NCBI GenBank assembly: GCA_041640455.1
Contig: JBEQAF010000015.1
Location: 1 to 32,374 of the forward strand
Source: a bacterium
GTDB lineage: Bacteria; CALINM01
Length of the DNA stretch: 32,374 bases
Direction of reading: 5' to 3'
A program made the translations under genes and the position numbers. Within the stretch, counting starts at the first letter, position 1; every line of letters begins with the position of its first letter. Below are positions 19,763-28,072 of this stretch, piece after piece. Under the pieces are notes generated by a model, which was given only the letters and a program-made list of their open reading frames with translations, ran no database searches and was not told the DNA's origin.

Positions 19763-21625
19763 ATGGAGATTAAAAGAAGAGATTTTTTAAAAATTACAGG
19801 CGTTTACGGGATAGGGGTAGCCATTCCGTTTAATCTTGAAGAGTCAAATCCATATAATCTCTGGAAACCCCTGCCGATAAAAAGGCTGGAGAAGACAGAG
19901 AGCATCTGTCCGCTCTGTGAGTCTTTCTGCAAGCTTGATGTTTATAAAAAAAGGGAAAATGTTTTCTTTTTTGCATCAGGGGATAAAAAAGGGCTATGTC
20001 CCAAAATATTCACCTATCACAACATTATTTACAATGAAAAAAGGATTAAGACACCGCTTATAAGAAAAGGAGATAGGGGAAAGATTAGTTTTAATCCCAT
20101 AGACTACGATGAGGCTATAAAAGTATTAAAAGAAAAGTATGCTGGTGAGAAGTTTTACATTGATGCTTTCTCCTATGGAGAAGCTGATAGATACTTTTTA
20201 AGTGCTCTTTCTAAAAAGATAAATTTTTATCCTGAGGTGCTTTTAAAGAATGCTACAGGTGCAGATAGAGTATATTTTGATATTGAAAAATCTGACCTTG
20301 TGCTTAATTTTGGTGGAGATATCATAAACTATGGCAATTTTATAGATGGATCAGAATATCTGATAAATCACAGTAAAAAGATTATAAGCTTTTCTCCCAT
20401 GGTCACCAGAGGAACAGCCTTTGGTGAAGAATGGCATCCGGTAAAAATAGCCAGCATTCCTATTATGGTATCTCTTATACAGGCGGCAATTGGAAAGGGT
20501 AGTCTGCCAGATTATCAGCTGATTGATCAGAGTAGACTTAAAAATCTTGTAGAAAGGATAAAAACTGCCAGAAAAATCTGTGTAGCCTTTGATCCTTCAA
20601 TGGGTGAATCGCTTGATGGTATTAATGCCATAAATTCCGTAATCAGTTTAGCTAAAAACCTTAATTCGGTTAACAAAGATGGCGGCACCTACTTTTACAG
20701 TAGTGTTATCAGTTCTAAAGCTTTTAATATTTTAAGTGAGCCTGTGACGAACTATCTTGCCTACAACTTGGATCCGCTTATAATTAATCAGTCAGCCGAT
20801 TTCGAGGATAGAATAAAGAGAATACCCTTCATCGTATTTGTAGGGAGCCATCATTCAGAAATAAGTAAATATGCGGATATTATACTTCCCGCTACCTTTT
20901 TTGTAGAAAAGGATGAAGTCTATCTTAAGAGGGGTAAAGGAGGCTTTTCTGTGCTGGTTAGCTCTCCCGCCATAGAAGGGGGAGCAGAGGCTGTTGAACT
21001 AAGAAAAAAGGAAAATATTGAAGTAATTTTTCAGAAGCTACTTAATTTTAAGACACCTTATGGAATAAAGGATATTTCAGAAATTGTTGTACAGCTGGAG
21101 CCCAAAGTAATGTCAAGAAAAAGCTATATTCTTTCTCTTGCGAAGGGATTAAAGATAAGTCAGCTTAATCCTTCAACCACAAGGGTAGAGGGCTCAACTG
21201 ACCAGGACAAACTTAGTCTCTATCTATACGACGACGGCATTATATCCTTTTACAATAGGGGAGCCAGATGGGCTGAGGAAGCAGCACATTTTAACAGAGC
21301 TCTCGTTAATAAAAGAACTGCGGAAAAAATAGGGGTTAAGAAAGGCGATTCGGTAATTATAAAAACCGAAGCGGGTGAGATAAAAGTAAAGGTATTTATC
21401 TATGAAGGTATAGCAGATAATACTCTCGGACTTAAGAGATTTAAAACAAAAGCCGATATAAATTTATATACAAACAGAAACAGGAAGGAAAAGACATCCG
21501 ACAAAGAGGTAAAACAGATCTGGTGGGAAGAGGAGGATATAAATACCGGTGGGCTTTTTAAATTCCGGGATAATTATGGTTACCCGGCATATGATATTAA
21601 AATAGTTTCTATTAAAAAGGCATAA
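19763..21625 (+). CDS. Divergent molybdopterin-oxidoreductase (MopB)-family subunit, probably non-catalytic
   Basis: Tat motif RRDFLK; Cx2Cx3Cx22C cluster motif; RIKTPLIR; SKYADIILPA; C-terminal TAEKIGVKKGD.V domain; only 620 aa. Confidence 0.8.
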   Translation: MEIKRRDFLKITGVYGIGVAIPFNLEESNPYNLWKPLPIKRLEKTESICPLCESFCKLDVYKKRENVFFFASGDKKGLCPKIFTYHNIIYNEKRIKTPLIRKGDRGKISFNPIDYDEAIKVLKEKYAGEKFYIDAFSYGEADRYFLSALSKKINFYPEVLLKNATGADRVYFDIEKSDLVLNFGGDIINYGNFIDGSEYLINHSKKIISFSPMVTRGTAFGEEWHPVKIASIPIMVSLIQAAIGKGSLPDYQLIDQSRLKNLVERIKTARKICVAFDPSMGESLDGINAINSVISLAKNLNSVNKDGGTYFYSSVISSKAFNILSEPVTNYLAYNLDPLIINQSADFEDRIKRIPFIVFVGSHHSEISKYADIILPATFFVEKDEVYLKRGKGGFSVLVSSPAIEGGAEAVELRKKENIEVIFQKLLNFKTPYGIKDISEIVVQLEPKVMSRKSYILSLAKGLKISQLNPSTTRVEGSTDQDKLSLYLYDDGIISFYNRGARWAEEAAHFNRALVNKRTAEKIGVKKGDSVIIKTEAGEIKVKVFIYEGIADNTLGLKRFKTKADINLYTNRNRKEKTSDKEVKQIWWEEEDINTGGLFKFRDNYGYPAYDIKIVSIKKA

Positions 21626-21636
21626 CGGAGTGCTGG

Positions 21637-22152
21637 ATGAATAGTTATAAATTCCCATTGGTTATTACAGTTATAATACTTGTTCTGTCTTTTGGTTTTC
21701 TGGTCAGGACGACCATAAGTTCCAATTTTTACTGCGGACTATGTCATTTTAAAGAAAAATCTCTGGTAAGAAGCTCCTTTGCCCATAATCTGAAGAACTC
21801 AAAATGCGTGAGCTGCCATGACGAATCGGCATTTAGCATTGCCAAACATTTTAATAGCGATCCTGATTTTATAAATAAAAAGTGTGAGTCCTGTCACGAA
21901 AATATTAGAACATCAAAGGAAGTAAAGCACAAAAAGATAATCAAGATGGATCATTATGCCCACATGGATGGCAAAAAAACCAATATGAAATGTAACGAAT
22001 GCCATGCCAATGTGGCTCATGATATTAGCGCCTACTCAACTAACAGACCGTCAATGGTTAGCTGTTTTACAGACCAGTGCCATGCGAGGGAAAAGAATCT
22101 TGAGAAGTGTGACTACTGCCATTATGTAAAGATGAAATATCCAGAGAAATAG
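21637..22152 (+). CDS. Membrane-anchored small multiheme cytochrome c
   Basis: N-terminal TM helix; CGLCH, CVSCH, CESCH, CNECH, CDYCH plus CFTDQCH. Confidence 0.88.
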   Translation: MNSYKFPLVITVIILVLSFGFLVRTTISSNFYCGLCHFKEKSLVRSSFAHNLKNSKCVSCHDESAFSIAKHFNSDPDFINKKCESCHENIRTSKEVKHKKIIKMDHYAHMDGKKTNMKCNECHANVAHDISAYSTNRPSMVSCFTDQCHAREKNLEKCDYCHYVKMKYPEK

Positions 22153-22154
22153 GT

Positions 22155-23054
22155 TTAATAAATAAATCTTGTAAGACCTGCCTGCTTTGCCCATTCAATA
22201 GCTATAGTTAGCTCTTTTTGAGAGATACGTCTGCATAAAGTTTCATATTCTCTGGCTTTATAGCATGGATAATATTGATCCATAATATTTAGATAGGTAT
22301 GCTTTGATATCTCCTGTGAGATAAACTGAATAATTCTGTCAGTGCAGGCAAGATTTTCCGGAAGTACCAGATGGCGTACCAGCAATCCTCGATAAGCTAC
22401 ACCATTGGAATTTATCATAAGATCGCCAACCTGTCTGTGCATCTCCTTTAGTGCAGACCTGGCAACCTCCACGTAATTTTTACAGCCCGACAGCTTTTCT
22501 GCTATTTCATCTTCACAGTACTTAAAATCGGGCATATAGATGTCTATAATGCCTTCAAGAATCTTAAGGGTTTCAACAGAGTCGAACCCTCCCGAATTAT
22601 AAACTACTGGCAGATTTAACCCTCTCCGGGATGCCAGATATACTGCCTCTACAATAAAAGGTATCTGATGGGTTGGGGTAACCAGATTTATATTATGACA
22701 TCCCATAGACTGCAAATGGAGCATAATCCTAACAAGCTCTTCTATATCAATCTCTTCCCCTTCTCCCAGCTGGCTGATAGTGTAGTTCTGACAATAAACA
22801 CATCGTAGATTGCAATAAGTAAAAAATATGGTTCCCGAGCCTCTATATCCTGTTATGGGCGGCTCCTCACCGAGATGAGGTGTGTAGCCGGAGACCATAG
22901 GTTTGTTTCCAGTTCTACAGTAACCTCTTTCATTGTTTAATCTGTCTAAGCCGCAGCAATGAGGACAGAGTCTGCAGGGGGTTAAAAGATTATAAAGCCT
23001 GTCTATTTTATCTCTGAACTCTTTCTCTGAGAGATTAAGGTAGCTGGCGCCCAC
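22155..23054 (-). CDS. Radical SAM protein, PflX family
   Basis: CRLCPHCCG..R, HLGEEPPI.G.RGSGTIFF, CNLRCVYCQN, HNINLVTPTH, YMPDFKY. Confidence 0.9.
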   Translation of the reverse strand: MGASYLNLSEKEFRDKIDRLYNLLTPCRLCPHCCGLDRLNNERGYCRTGNKPMVSGYTPHLGEEPPITGYRGSGTIFFTYCNLRCVYCQNYTISQLGEGEEIDIEELVRIMLHLQSMGCHNINLVTPTHQIPFIVEAVYLASRRGLNLPVVYNSGGFDSVETLKILEGIIDIYMPDFKYCEDEIAEKLSGCKNYVEVARSALKEMHRQVGDLMINSNGVAYRGLLVRHLVLPENLACTDRIIQFISQEISKHTYLNIMDQYYPCYKAREYETLCRRISQKELTIAIEWAKQAGLTRFIY

Positions 23055-23149
23055 AGCTCTATTTTATCAAAAAAGATGGGGTATTTTAACAGACTAATTA
23101 AAGGCTTATATTATTTCTAAAAACTGATATATAATAAAAAACGAAAAAA

Positions 23150-23386
23150 ATGCTTAAAGGTAAAAATTTTAGAAAATACCTGCATCTTAGCTCTATCGGG
23201 ATAGAGATGGGTGTTGCCACCATGATAGGTGTGGGTATGGGCTGGCTAATAGACAAGTATATTTTTGAAGATCGCTATTCGCCCTATATTACACTGCTTT
23301 TTCTGGTTTTTGGATTTATTGCAGGAATTAAAAATGTTATAAAACTGATAAAAAGTCTGGAGAAAGGAAATAATGATGAAGAATGA
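23150..23386 (+). CDS. atpZ: AtpZ/AtpI-family ATP synthase accessory protein
   Basis: SSIGIEM...GMGWLIDKY...GFIAG two-TM pattern; first gene of the F0 cluster. Confidence 0.8.
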   Translation: MLKGKNFRKYLHLSSIGIEMGVATMIGVGMGWLIDKYIFEDRYSPYITLLFLVFGFIAGIKNVIKLIKSLEKGNNDEE

Positions 23387-23756
23387 GAAAGAGCCTGTGA
23401 TAGATTTTATCATAATTTTTATGATATTTTTCCTGATTTTGGGCAGTATTATCATATTACTATTGTTTTTTAGCTATAGTAATCTTATAAGCTATCTCTC
23501 TGGTGGACTTATTGCAATACTGAATTTTTTGTGGCTTAAGAGGCTGATAAAAAAACTGGCAGATGAAAAAAAGTTTACCAAGAAAGCTGGAATTGAATGG
23601 GGATTGAAGATAATAATAATATTCGGGCTAATAACTTTTTTTATCTTAAAAACTAAAATAAATATCTTGATTTTTCTCTCTGGTTTGAGTATATTACCAA
23701 TTGCAGTAACTGCACAGAGTATTGCAGGTTATTTTAAATTTTCTGGGGGGAGGTAG
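23373..23756 (+). CDS. atpI: ATP synthase subunit I
   Basis: Four TM helices, GGLIAILNF.WL, FLSGLS; lies between atpZ and atpB. Confidence 0.75.
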   Translation: MMKNEKEPVIDFIIIFMIFFLILGSIIILLLFFSYSNLISYLSGGLIAILNFLWLKRLIKKLADEKKFTKKAGIEWGLKIIIIFGLITFFILKTKINILIFLSGLSILPIAVTAQSIAGYFKFSGGR

Positions 23757-23758
23757 TA

Positions 23759-24493
23759 ATGGCAGGTTCTGCAACACCGTTTACTTTTGATCAGGTCATA
23801 CCGGGGCTTAGCTCAATAGCAAAAGATCATAGCTTGGGTCCCCATGGCGGAACGCATGTTTCAAATGCCATTTTAATTGTTTCCATTATTTTCTTAATAG
23901 TAATTCTCGGTACGAGAAGGTTAAAACATACAGAAGAAGGAGCAATTCCTGATTCTACCCTAACCTTTAAGAATTTTTGCGAGCTTCTGGTGGAGGGTAT
24001 TCTTAAGATCATGGAAGATTCCCTCGGACATCACGCAAGGAAGTTCATTTATCTGATAGGATCAGCCGCCATCTTTATACTTTTTTCAAACCTTTCAGGG
24101 CTTGTGCCTGGCTTTAATCCACCAACAGATAACATAAATACCACTGCCGCTTGCGGTATTACTGTATTTTTGCTTTATAACTATCATGGTTTAAAAGAGC
24201 ATGGGCTGGCATATCTAAAGCACTTTGCAGGACCTTTCTGGTGGCTGGCGCCTCTCATGATACCCATCGAAATAATAGGGCATCTTGCAAGACCTCTTTC
24301 TCTATCTCTCAGGCTTTTTGGTAATATTATGGGCGACCATCTTGTGACAGCCATATTTATAGGTCTGGTTCCGCTTTTTGTGCCCGTACCAATAATGTTA
24401 TTAGGGCTTTTTGTCTGTTTTGTTCAGACCTTTGTTTTTTGCTTACTTTCAATGGCCTACATCTCTGGTGCAGTCGAGCACGGCGAGCACTAA
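23759..24493 (+). CDS. atpB: F0F1 ATP synthase subunit a
   Basis: FSNLSGLVPG, PPTDNIN, PIEII...RPLSLSLRLFGNI, VQTFVF. Confidence 0.97.
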   Translation: MAGSATPFTFDQVIPGLSSIAKDHSLGPHGGTHVSNAILIVSIIFLIVILGTRRLKHTEEGAIPDSTLTFKNFCELLVEGILKIMEDSLGHHARKFIYLIGSAAIFILFSNLSGLVPGFNPPTDNINTTAACGITVFLLYNYHGLKEHGLAYLKHFAGPFWWLAPLMIPIEIIGHLARPLSLSLRLFGNIMGDHLVTAIFIGLVPLFVPVPIMLLGLFVCFVQTFVFCLLSMAYISGAVEHGEH

Positions 24494-24526
24494 TTGAGAA
24501 AATAAATAAAGAAAGGAGGAAGGAAA

Positions 24527-24850
24527 ATGAAAAAGGTATTTCTTACAGCTGGTCTTGTTCTCACTCTTGCTACATTCGCCTTCGCAGCAGAAGGAGCCCC
24601 AGCAGCTGGCGGTCTTTCAGATTCTGTTAAAGTAGCTATTGCTATTGCCGCTGGTTTCGGTATCGCAATTGCCGCTGCATTTGGTGCATTATCACAGGCA
24701 AAAGGTCTTTCCACAGCCCTTGATGGTATTGCAAGAAATCCTGCTGCATCAGGTAAGATCGTTACCCCTATGATCATCGGTCTCGCTATGATTGAGTCTT
24801 TAGTTATCTACTCACTTGTTATCTCATTAATGTTAGTCTTAAAACTCTAA
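24527..24850 (+). CDS. atpE: F0F1 ATP synthase subunit c with N-terminal signal-like extension
   Basis: IARNP loop, GLAMIESLVIY; AGGAGG RBS; codon usage looks strongly biased, as in highly expressed genes. Confidence 0.97.
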   Translation: MKKVFLTAGLVLTLATFAFAAEGAPAAGGLSDSVKVAIAIAAGFGIAIAAAFGALSQAKGLSTALDGIARNPAASGKIVTPMIIGLAMIESLVIYSLVISLMLVLKL

Positions 24851-24857
24851 TTTCAGA

Positions 24858-24881
24858 TAAGGGGGGATTTAACCCCCCTTA
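24858..24881 (+). terminator. GC-rich stem-loop between atpE and rex
   Basis: TAAGGGGGG-ATTTAA-CCCCCCTTA, 9-bp perfect stem, no U-tract. Confidence 0.55.
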
Positions 24882-24891
24882 ACGTTATTCT

Positions 24892-25533
24892 ATGAAGCGT
24901 AAAAAGTTCCCCAAGATTCCAGAAGCTACAATAAAAAGACTATCTATCTATAACAGAATTCTCAACGAGCTAAGCAGAGATGGAGTAGAAGTGGTTTCCT
25001 CCGCCAGACTTTCAGAGATTAGTGGACTAAACGCAGCCCAGATTAGAAAGGACCTTACCTATTTTGGAGAGTTTGGAGTCAGAGGGGTGGGGTATTTTGT
25101 GACTCATCTAAGAGATAATATTAAAAGGATTCTGGGGATAAATAAACAGTGGAATCTCATAATTATCGGCGCAGGAAAGCTCGGGCAGGCTATCGTATCA
25201 TACGGCAATCTGAAGGCGCAGGGCTACAACATAGTAGCTGCCTTTGACAATGACCCATCCAAGCTTGGGGCAAAGATAGGACCCTTTAACACACCCATAT
25301 ATCCGCTTTCAAAACTAAAAGAAATAGTAGCAAAACATTCGGTTAAAATTGCCATAATAACTACCCCGGCTACCGCTGCCCAGGAAGTATTGACTGTTTT
25401 AGAGGACGCAAATATTGAGGGGATTATTAATTTTGCCCCGGTGAAACTTAATACCGTAAAAAATATTAAAATATCTTATGTGGATCTTGTCACCGAGTTT
25501 GACAAGATGGTCTTTAAGATATCTTCTGAATAG
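24892..25533 (+). CDS. rex: Redox-sensing transcriptional repressor Rex
   Basis: IPEATIKRLSIY.R, AQIRKDLTYFGEFGVRGVGY, IIGAGKLGQA, INFAP. Confidence 0.97.
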   Translation: MKRKKFPKIPEATIKRLSIYNRILNELSRDGVEVVSSARLSEISGLNAAQIRKDLTYFGEFGVRGVGYFVTHLRDNIKRILGINKQWNLIIIGAGKLGQAIVSYGNLKAQGYNIVAAFDNDPSKLGAKIGPFNTPIYPLSKLKEIVAKHSVKIAIITTPATAAQEVLTVLEDANIEGIINFAPVKLNTVKNIKISYVDLVTEFDKMVFKISSE

Positions 25534-25566
25534 CAAGTATGGCAAGTCAGATATTCAGAATAAATA

Positions 25567-25755
25567 TTAACCGCCTGAAACTACCCTTATTATCTTTACA
25601 CTATCATTAATACCTATCTGCTCATCAGGGGTTACCAAATTACCGTTTACAGTAACAAGGAATGTCTCAGGATTTAATTTTAACTGTTTAAGCAGGTCTC
25701 TTACAGTCATCTTTTTATCAAAATTTATAATCTTCCCATCCAGATTTACTTCCAT
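25567..25755 (-). CDS. ThiS/MoaD-family sulfur carrier
   Basis: 62 aa ubiquitin-like, VNG, C-terminal VSGG. Confidence 0.88.
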   Translation of the reverse strand: MEVNLDGKIINFDKKMTVRDLLKQLKLNPETFLVTVNGNLVTPDEQIGINDSVKIIRVVSGG

Positions 25756-25760
25756 AGTTC

Positions 25761-27068
25761 TTACCTCTTTTTCCTGACTATAATTTTTATGGGTGTACCG
25801 ACAAAGCTATAATGTTCGCGGATTCTGCGCTCAATATATTTTATTGCAGTAGAAGGTATGGCTTCAGGATAGTTTGCAAAGAGAACAAAAAAGGGAGGAC
25901 AGATATCCTGTTGAGTGCCGTAATAAATTTTTAGCCTTCTGCCCTTATAAACAGGAAGCGGGTTGCGTTCCTGAAGCTCATTAATTATCCTGTTGAGAAC
26001 TCCTGTAGATATTCGGGTTTTTAGAGCTCTGGACACCAGCTCAATTTTTGTAAAAATATTATTGACGCCTGTCTTTTCAAGGGCAGAGACAAAAACTTTT
26101 GGTGAATAGTCTATAAATGGGAGCTCCTTTGAAACCCTTTCAAGAAAAAAATCCTTTGTATCAGAGGTTTTTTCTATTTTATCCCACTTGTTCATTACTA
26201 TTATTGATCCTTTTCCTCGCTCTTTAATAAGCTCAGCTATTTTCTGCTCCTGCTCTGATACCCCCTCATATGCATCAACCACAAGAAGGGCAATATCTAC
26301 ACGGTCAAGGGCTCTTATGGCTTCCATAACAGAAAACTTTTCAAGCTTCAATGATATTCTGGACTTTTTCCTTATGCCGGCTGTATCAATAAAAAGATAG
26401 GTTTTATCATTTAAAGTTATCTCCGTATCTATGGCATCTCGGGTTGTTCCGGGAATATGGCTTACTATTGCCCTTTCGTAGCCCAAAATTGCGTTTATTA
26501 GAGATGATTTTCCCACATTAGGCTTTCCAAGCACTGCAATTCTTGCATCGTATGACTTTTCTGAAGGACTTTCGCTTACTATCTCTTTGGAGATATCATC
26601 TAAAAGCTCATCAACACCAAGTCGATGCTCCGCAGAAATGCTGTAAATCTTACCAACGCCGAGCTCATAAAAATCCAGAACCCTATCTTTATGAGACTGA
26701 TGATCAATCTTGTTTATCACATAGAAAACTGGCTTTTTATATGTTCGGAGAAAATTAACTATCTCTTTATCAAGCGGATTTAATCCTTCCTTACCGTCAA
26801 AAAGGGCAATGATCCCATCAGCCTCTTCGATTGCAAGGGTAACCTGCTTTTTCATTTCCTTTAATATTGGCTCTTCAGAGTGAATGAAAAAGCCACCTGT
26901 ATCTATCAGTGTATAGGCTTTGCCTGCATATTCAAAATCTGCGTAGTTTCTGTCTCTGGTAACGCCCGGGTAATCCTCCACTATGGCTTTTTTCTTGCCA
27001 ACAATGGTGTTAAAAAGGCTCGATTTGCCCACATTTGGTCTTCCAACTATAACCAGAACTGGTTTCAT
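25761..27068 (-). CDS. der: Ribosome biogenesis GTPase Der (EngA)
   Basis: Two G domains (GRPNVGKS/DTGG/NKID; GKPNVGKS/DTAG/NKWD) plus KH-like C-terminus. Confidence 0.97.
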   Translation of the reverse strand: MKPVLVIVGRPNVGKSSLFNTIVGKKKAIVEDYPGVTRDRNYADFEYAGKAYTLIDTGGFFIHSEEPILKEMKKQVTLAIEEADGIIALFDGKEGLNPLDKEIVNFLRTYKKPVFYVINKIDHQSHKDRVLDFYELGVGKIYSISAEHRLGVDELLDDISKEIVSESPSEKSYDARIAVLGKPNVGKSSLINAILGYERAIVSHIPGTTRDAIDTEITLNDKTYLFIDTAGIRKKSRISLKLEKFSVMEAIRALDRVDIALLVVDAYEGVSEQEQKIAELIKERGKGSIIVMNKWDKIEKTSDTKDFFLERVSKELPFIDYSPKVFVSALEKTGVNNIFTKIELVSRALKTRISTGVLNRIINELQERNPLPVYKGRRLKIYYGTQQDICPPFFVLFANYPEAIPSTAIKYIERRIREHYSFVGTPIKIIVRKKR

Positions 27069-28072
27069 AGTCCGATCTCAGATTTAATTATCTCAAATAG
27101 GCTTTCAGGTTCCATATCCATACAGACTAACCCTATCTCGCAACTTCTTTTAAAACAGGGGGCACAGGCTACATTATCTTTTCTGATAATTTTGCAGCTA
27201 TCTCCCTTCATAAAAGGACCAGTTCTTTTTTCTGATGTGGGTCCAAATATGGCAAATACCTTTGTCCCTGCTGCGGATGCAATATGCATAGCCCCCGAGT
27301 CGCAGGTAAGTACAAAAAGTGATTTTTTCATAAGATAATAGAGCTCATTCACAGAAAGCATACCTACCAGGCTTCTTTGGGTTTCAAAGCCAAGCTCTTC
27401 TTTTCTGTCCCCGGAAAATAAAATGGGCAGACCTGCATCTTCAAATAGCTCTGCAAGTTTCTTAAATCTGTTAATCCCCCACATCTTGGTTTGCCATCTG
27501 GAAAAAGGTGCAAACACTGCAAAATTTTTATCTGTAAGATTTTGAGATTTTATAATATTATCAACCCGTTCTTTCTCTAAATCTGATAAAGGGATATAAA
27601 AATCAATATCTTCTTCGCTATAGTCTATATGAATGCCTTTTAGCAGCGAAAGATATCTTAATACCGCATGTTTGCTATAGTCTCCCTCTATTTTTATGTC
27701 GTAAATAAATGATACGGGCTCCCGCGGGTTTGAAAAGCCAATATTTTTTTTACCGTGAGCCATCATAAGAACCAGCATACTTTTATAAAGCCCCTGAAGG
27801 TCAAAAACAAAATCGTATCTTTTCTCTTTCAGATTATTTGCCCATCTTTTTATTACAAGCAAGTTTTTTAAAAATCCCGAAAAGCTGAGCCATTTTCTAT
27901 CAAAAGGTATAACCTCCGATAAATAGGGATTACCTTTTACAAGTGAAACATAATTTTCATTTATGAGCCAGTCTATTTTTGAGTCAGACAGATGCTTTTT
28001 TAATATCTTCACAAAGGGGAGTGTGTGGATCACATCCCCTAACGAACTCATCTTAACTATGAGGATGTTCAT
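27065..28072 (-). CDS. GT9 LPS heptosyltransferase (WaaC/WaaF-like)
   Basis: ILIVKMSSLGDVIH, DLQGL.KS, DSGAMHIASA, IFGPT, CAPC..R.C. Confidence 0.9.
   Translation of the reverse strand: MNILIVKMSSLGDVIHTLPFVKILKKHLSDSKIDWLINENYVSLVKGNPYLSEVIPFDRKWLSFSGFLKNLLVIKRWANNLKEKRYDFVFDLQGLYKSMLVLMMAHGKKNIGFSNPREPVSFIYDIKIEGDYSKHAVLRYLSLLKGIHIDYSEEDIDFYIPLSDLEKERVDNIIKSQNLTDKNFAVFAPFSRWQTKMWGINRFKKLAELFEDAGLPILFSGDRKEELGFETQRSLVGMLSVNELYYLMKKSLFVLTCDSGAMHIASAAGTKVFAIFGPTSEKRTGPFMKGDSCKIIRKDNVACAPCFKRSCEIGLVCMDMEPESLFEIIKSEIGL

Noticed and set aside
23150..24850. N-ATPase operon
   Set aside because: No atpD/atpC upstream, no F1 genes, and the c subunit lacks the second Glu; it fits the ordinary split F0 cluster next to rex.
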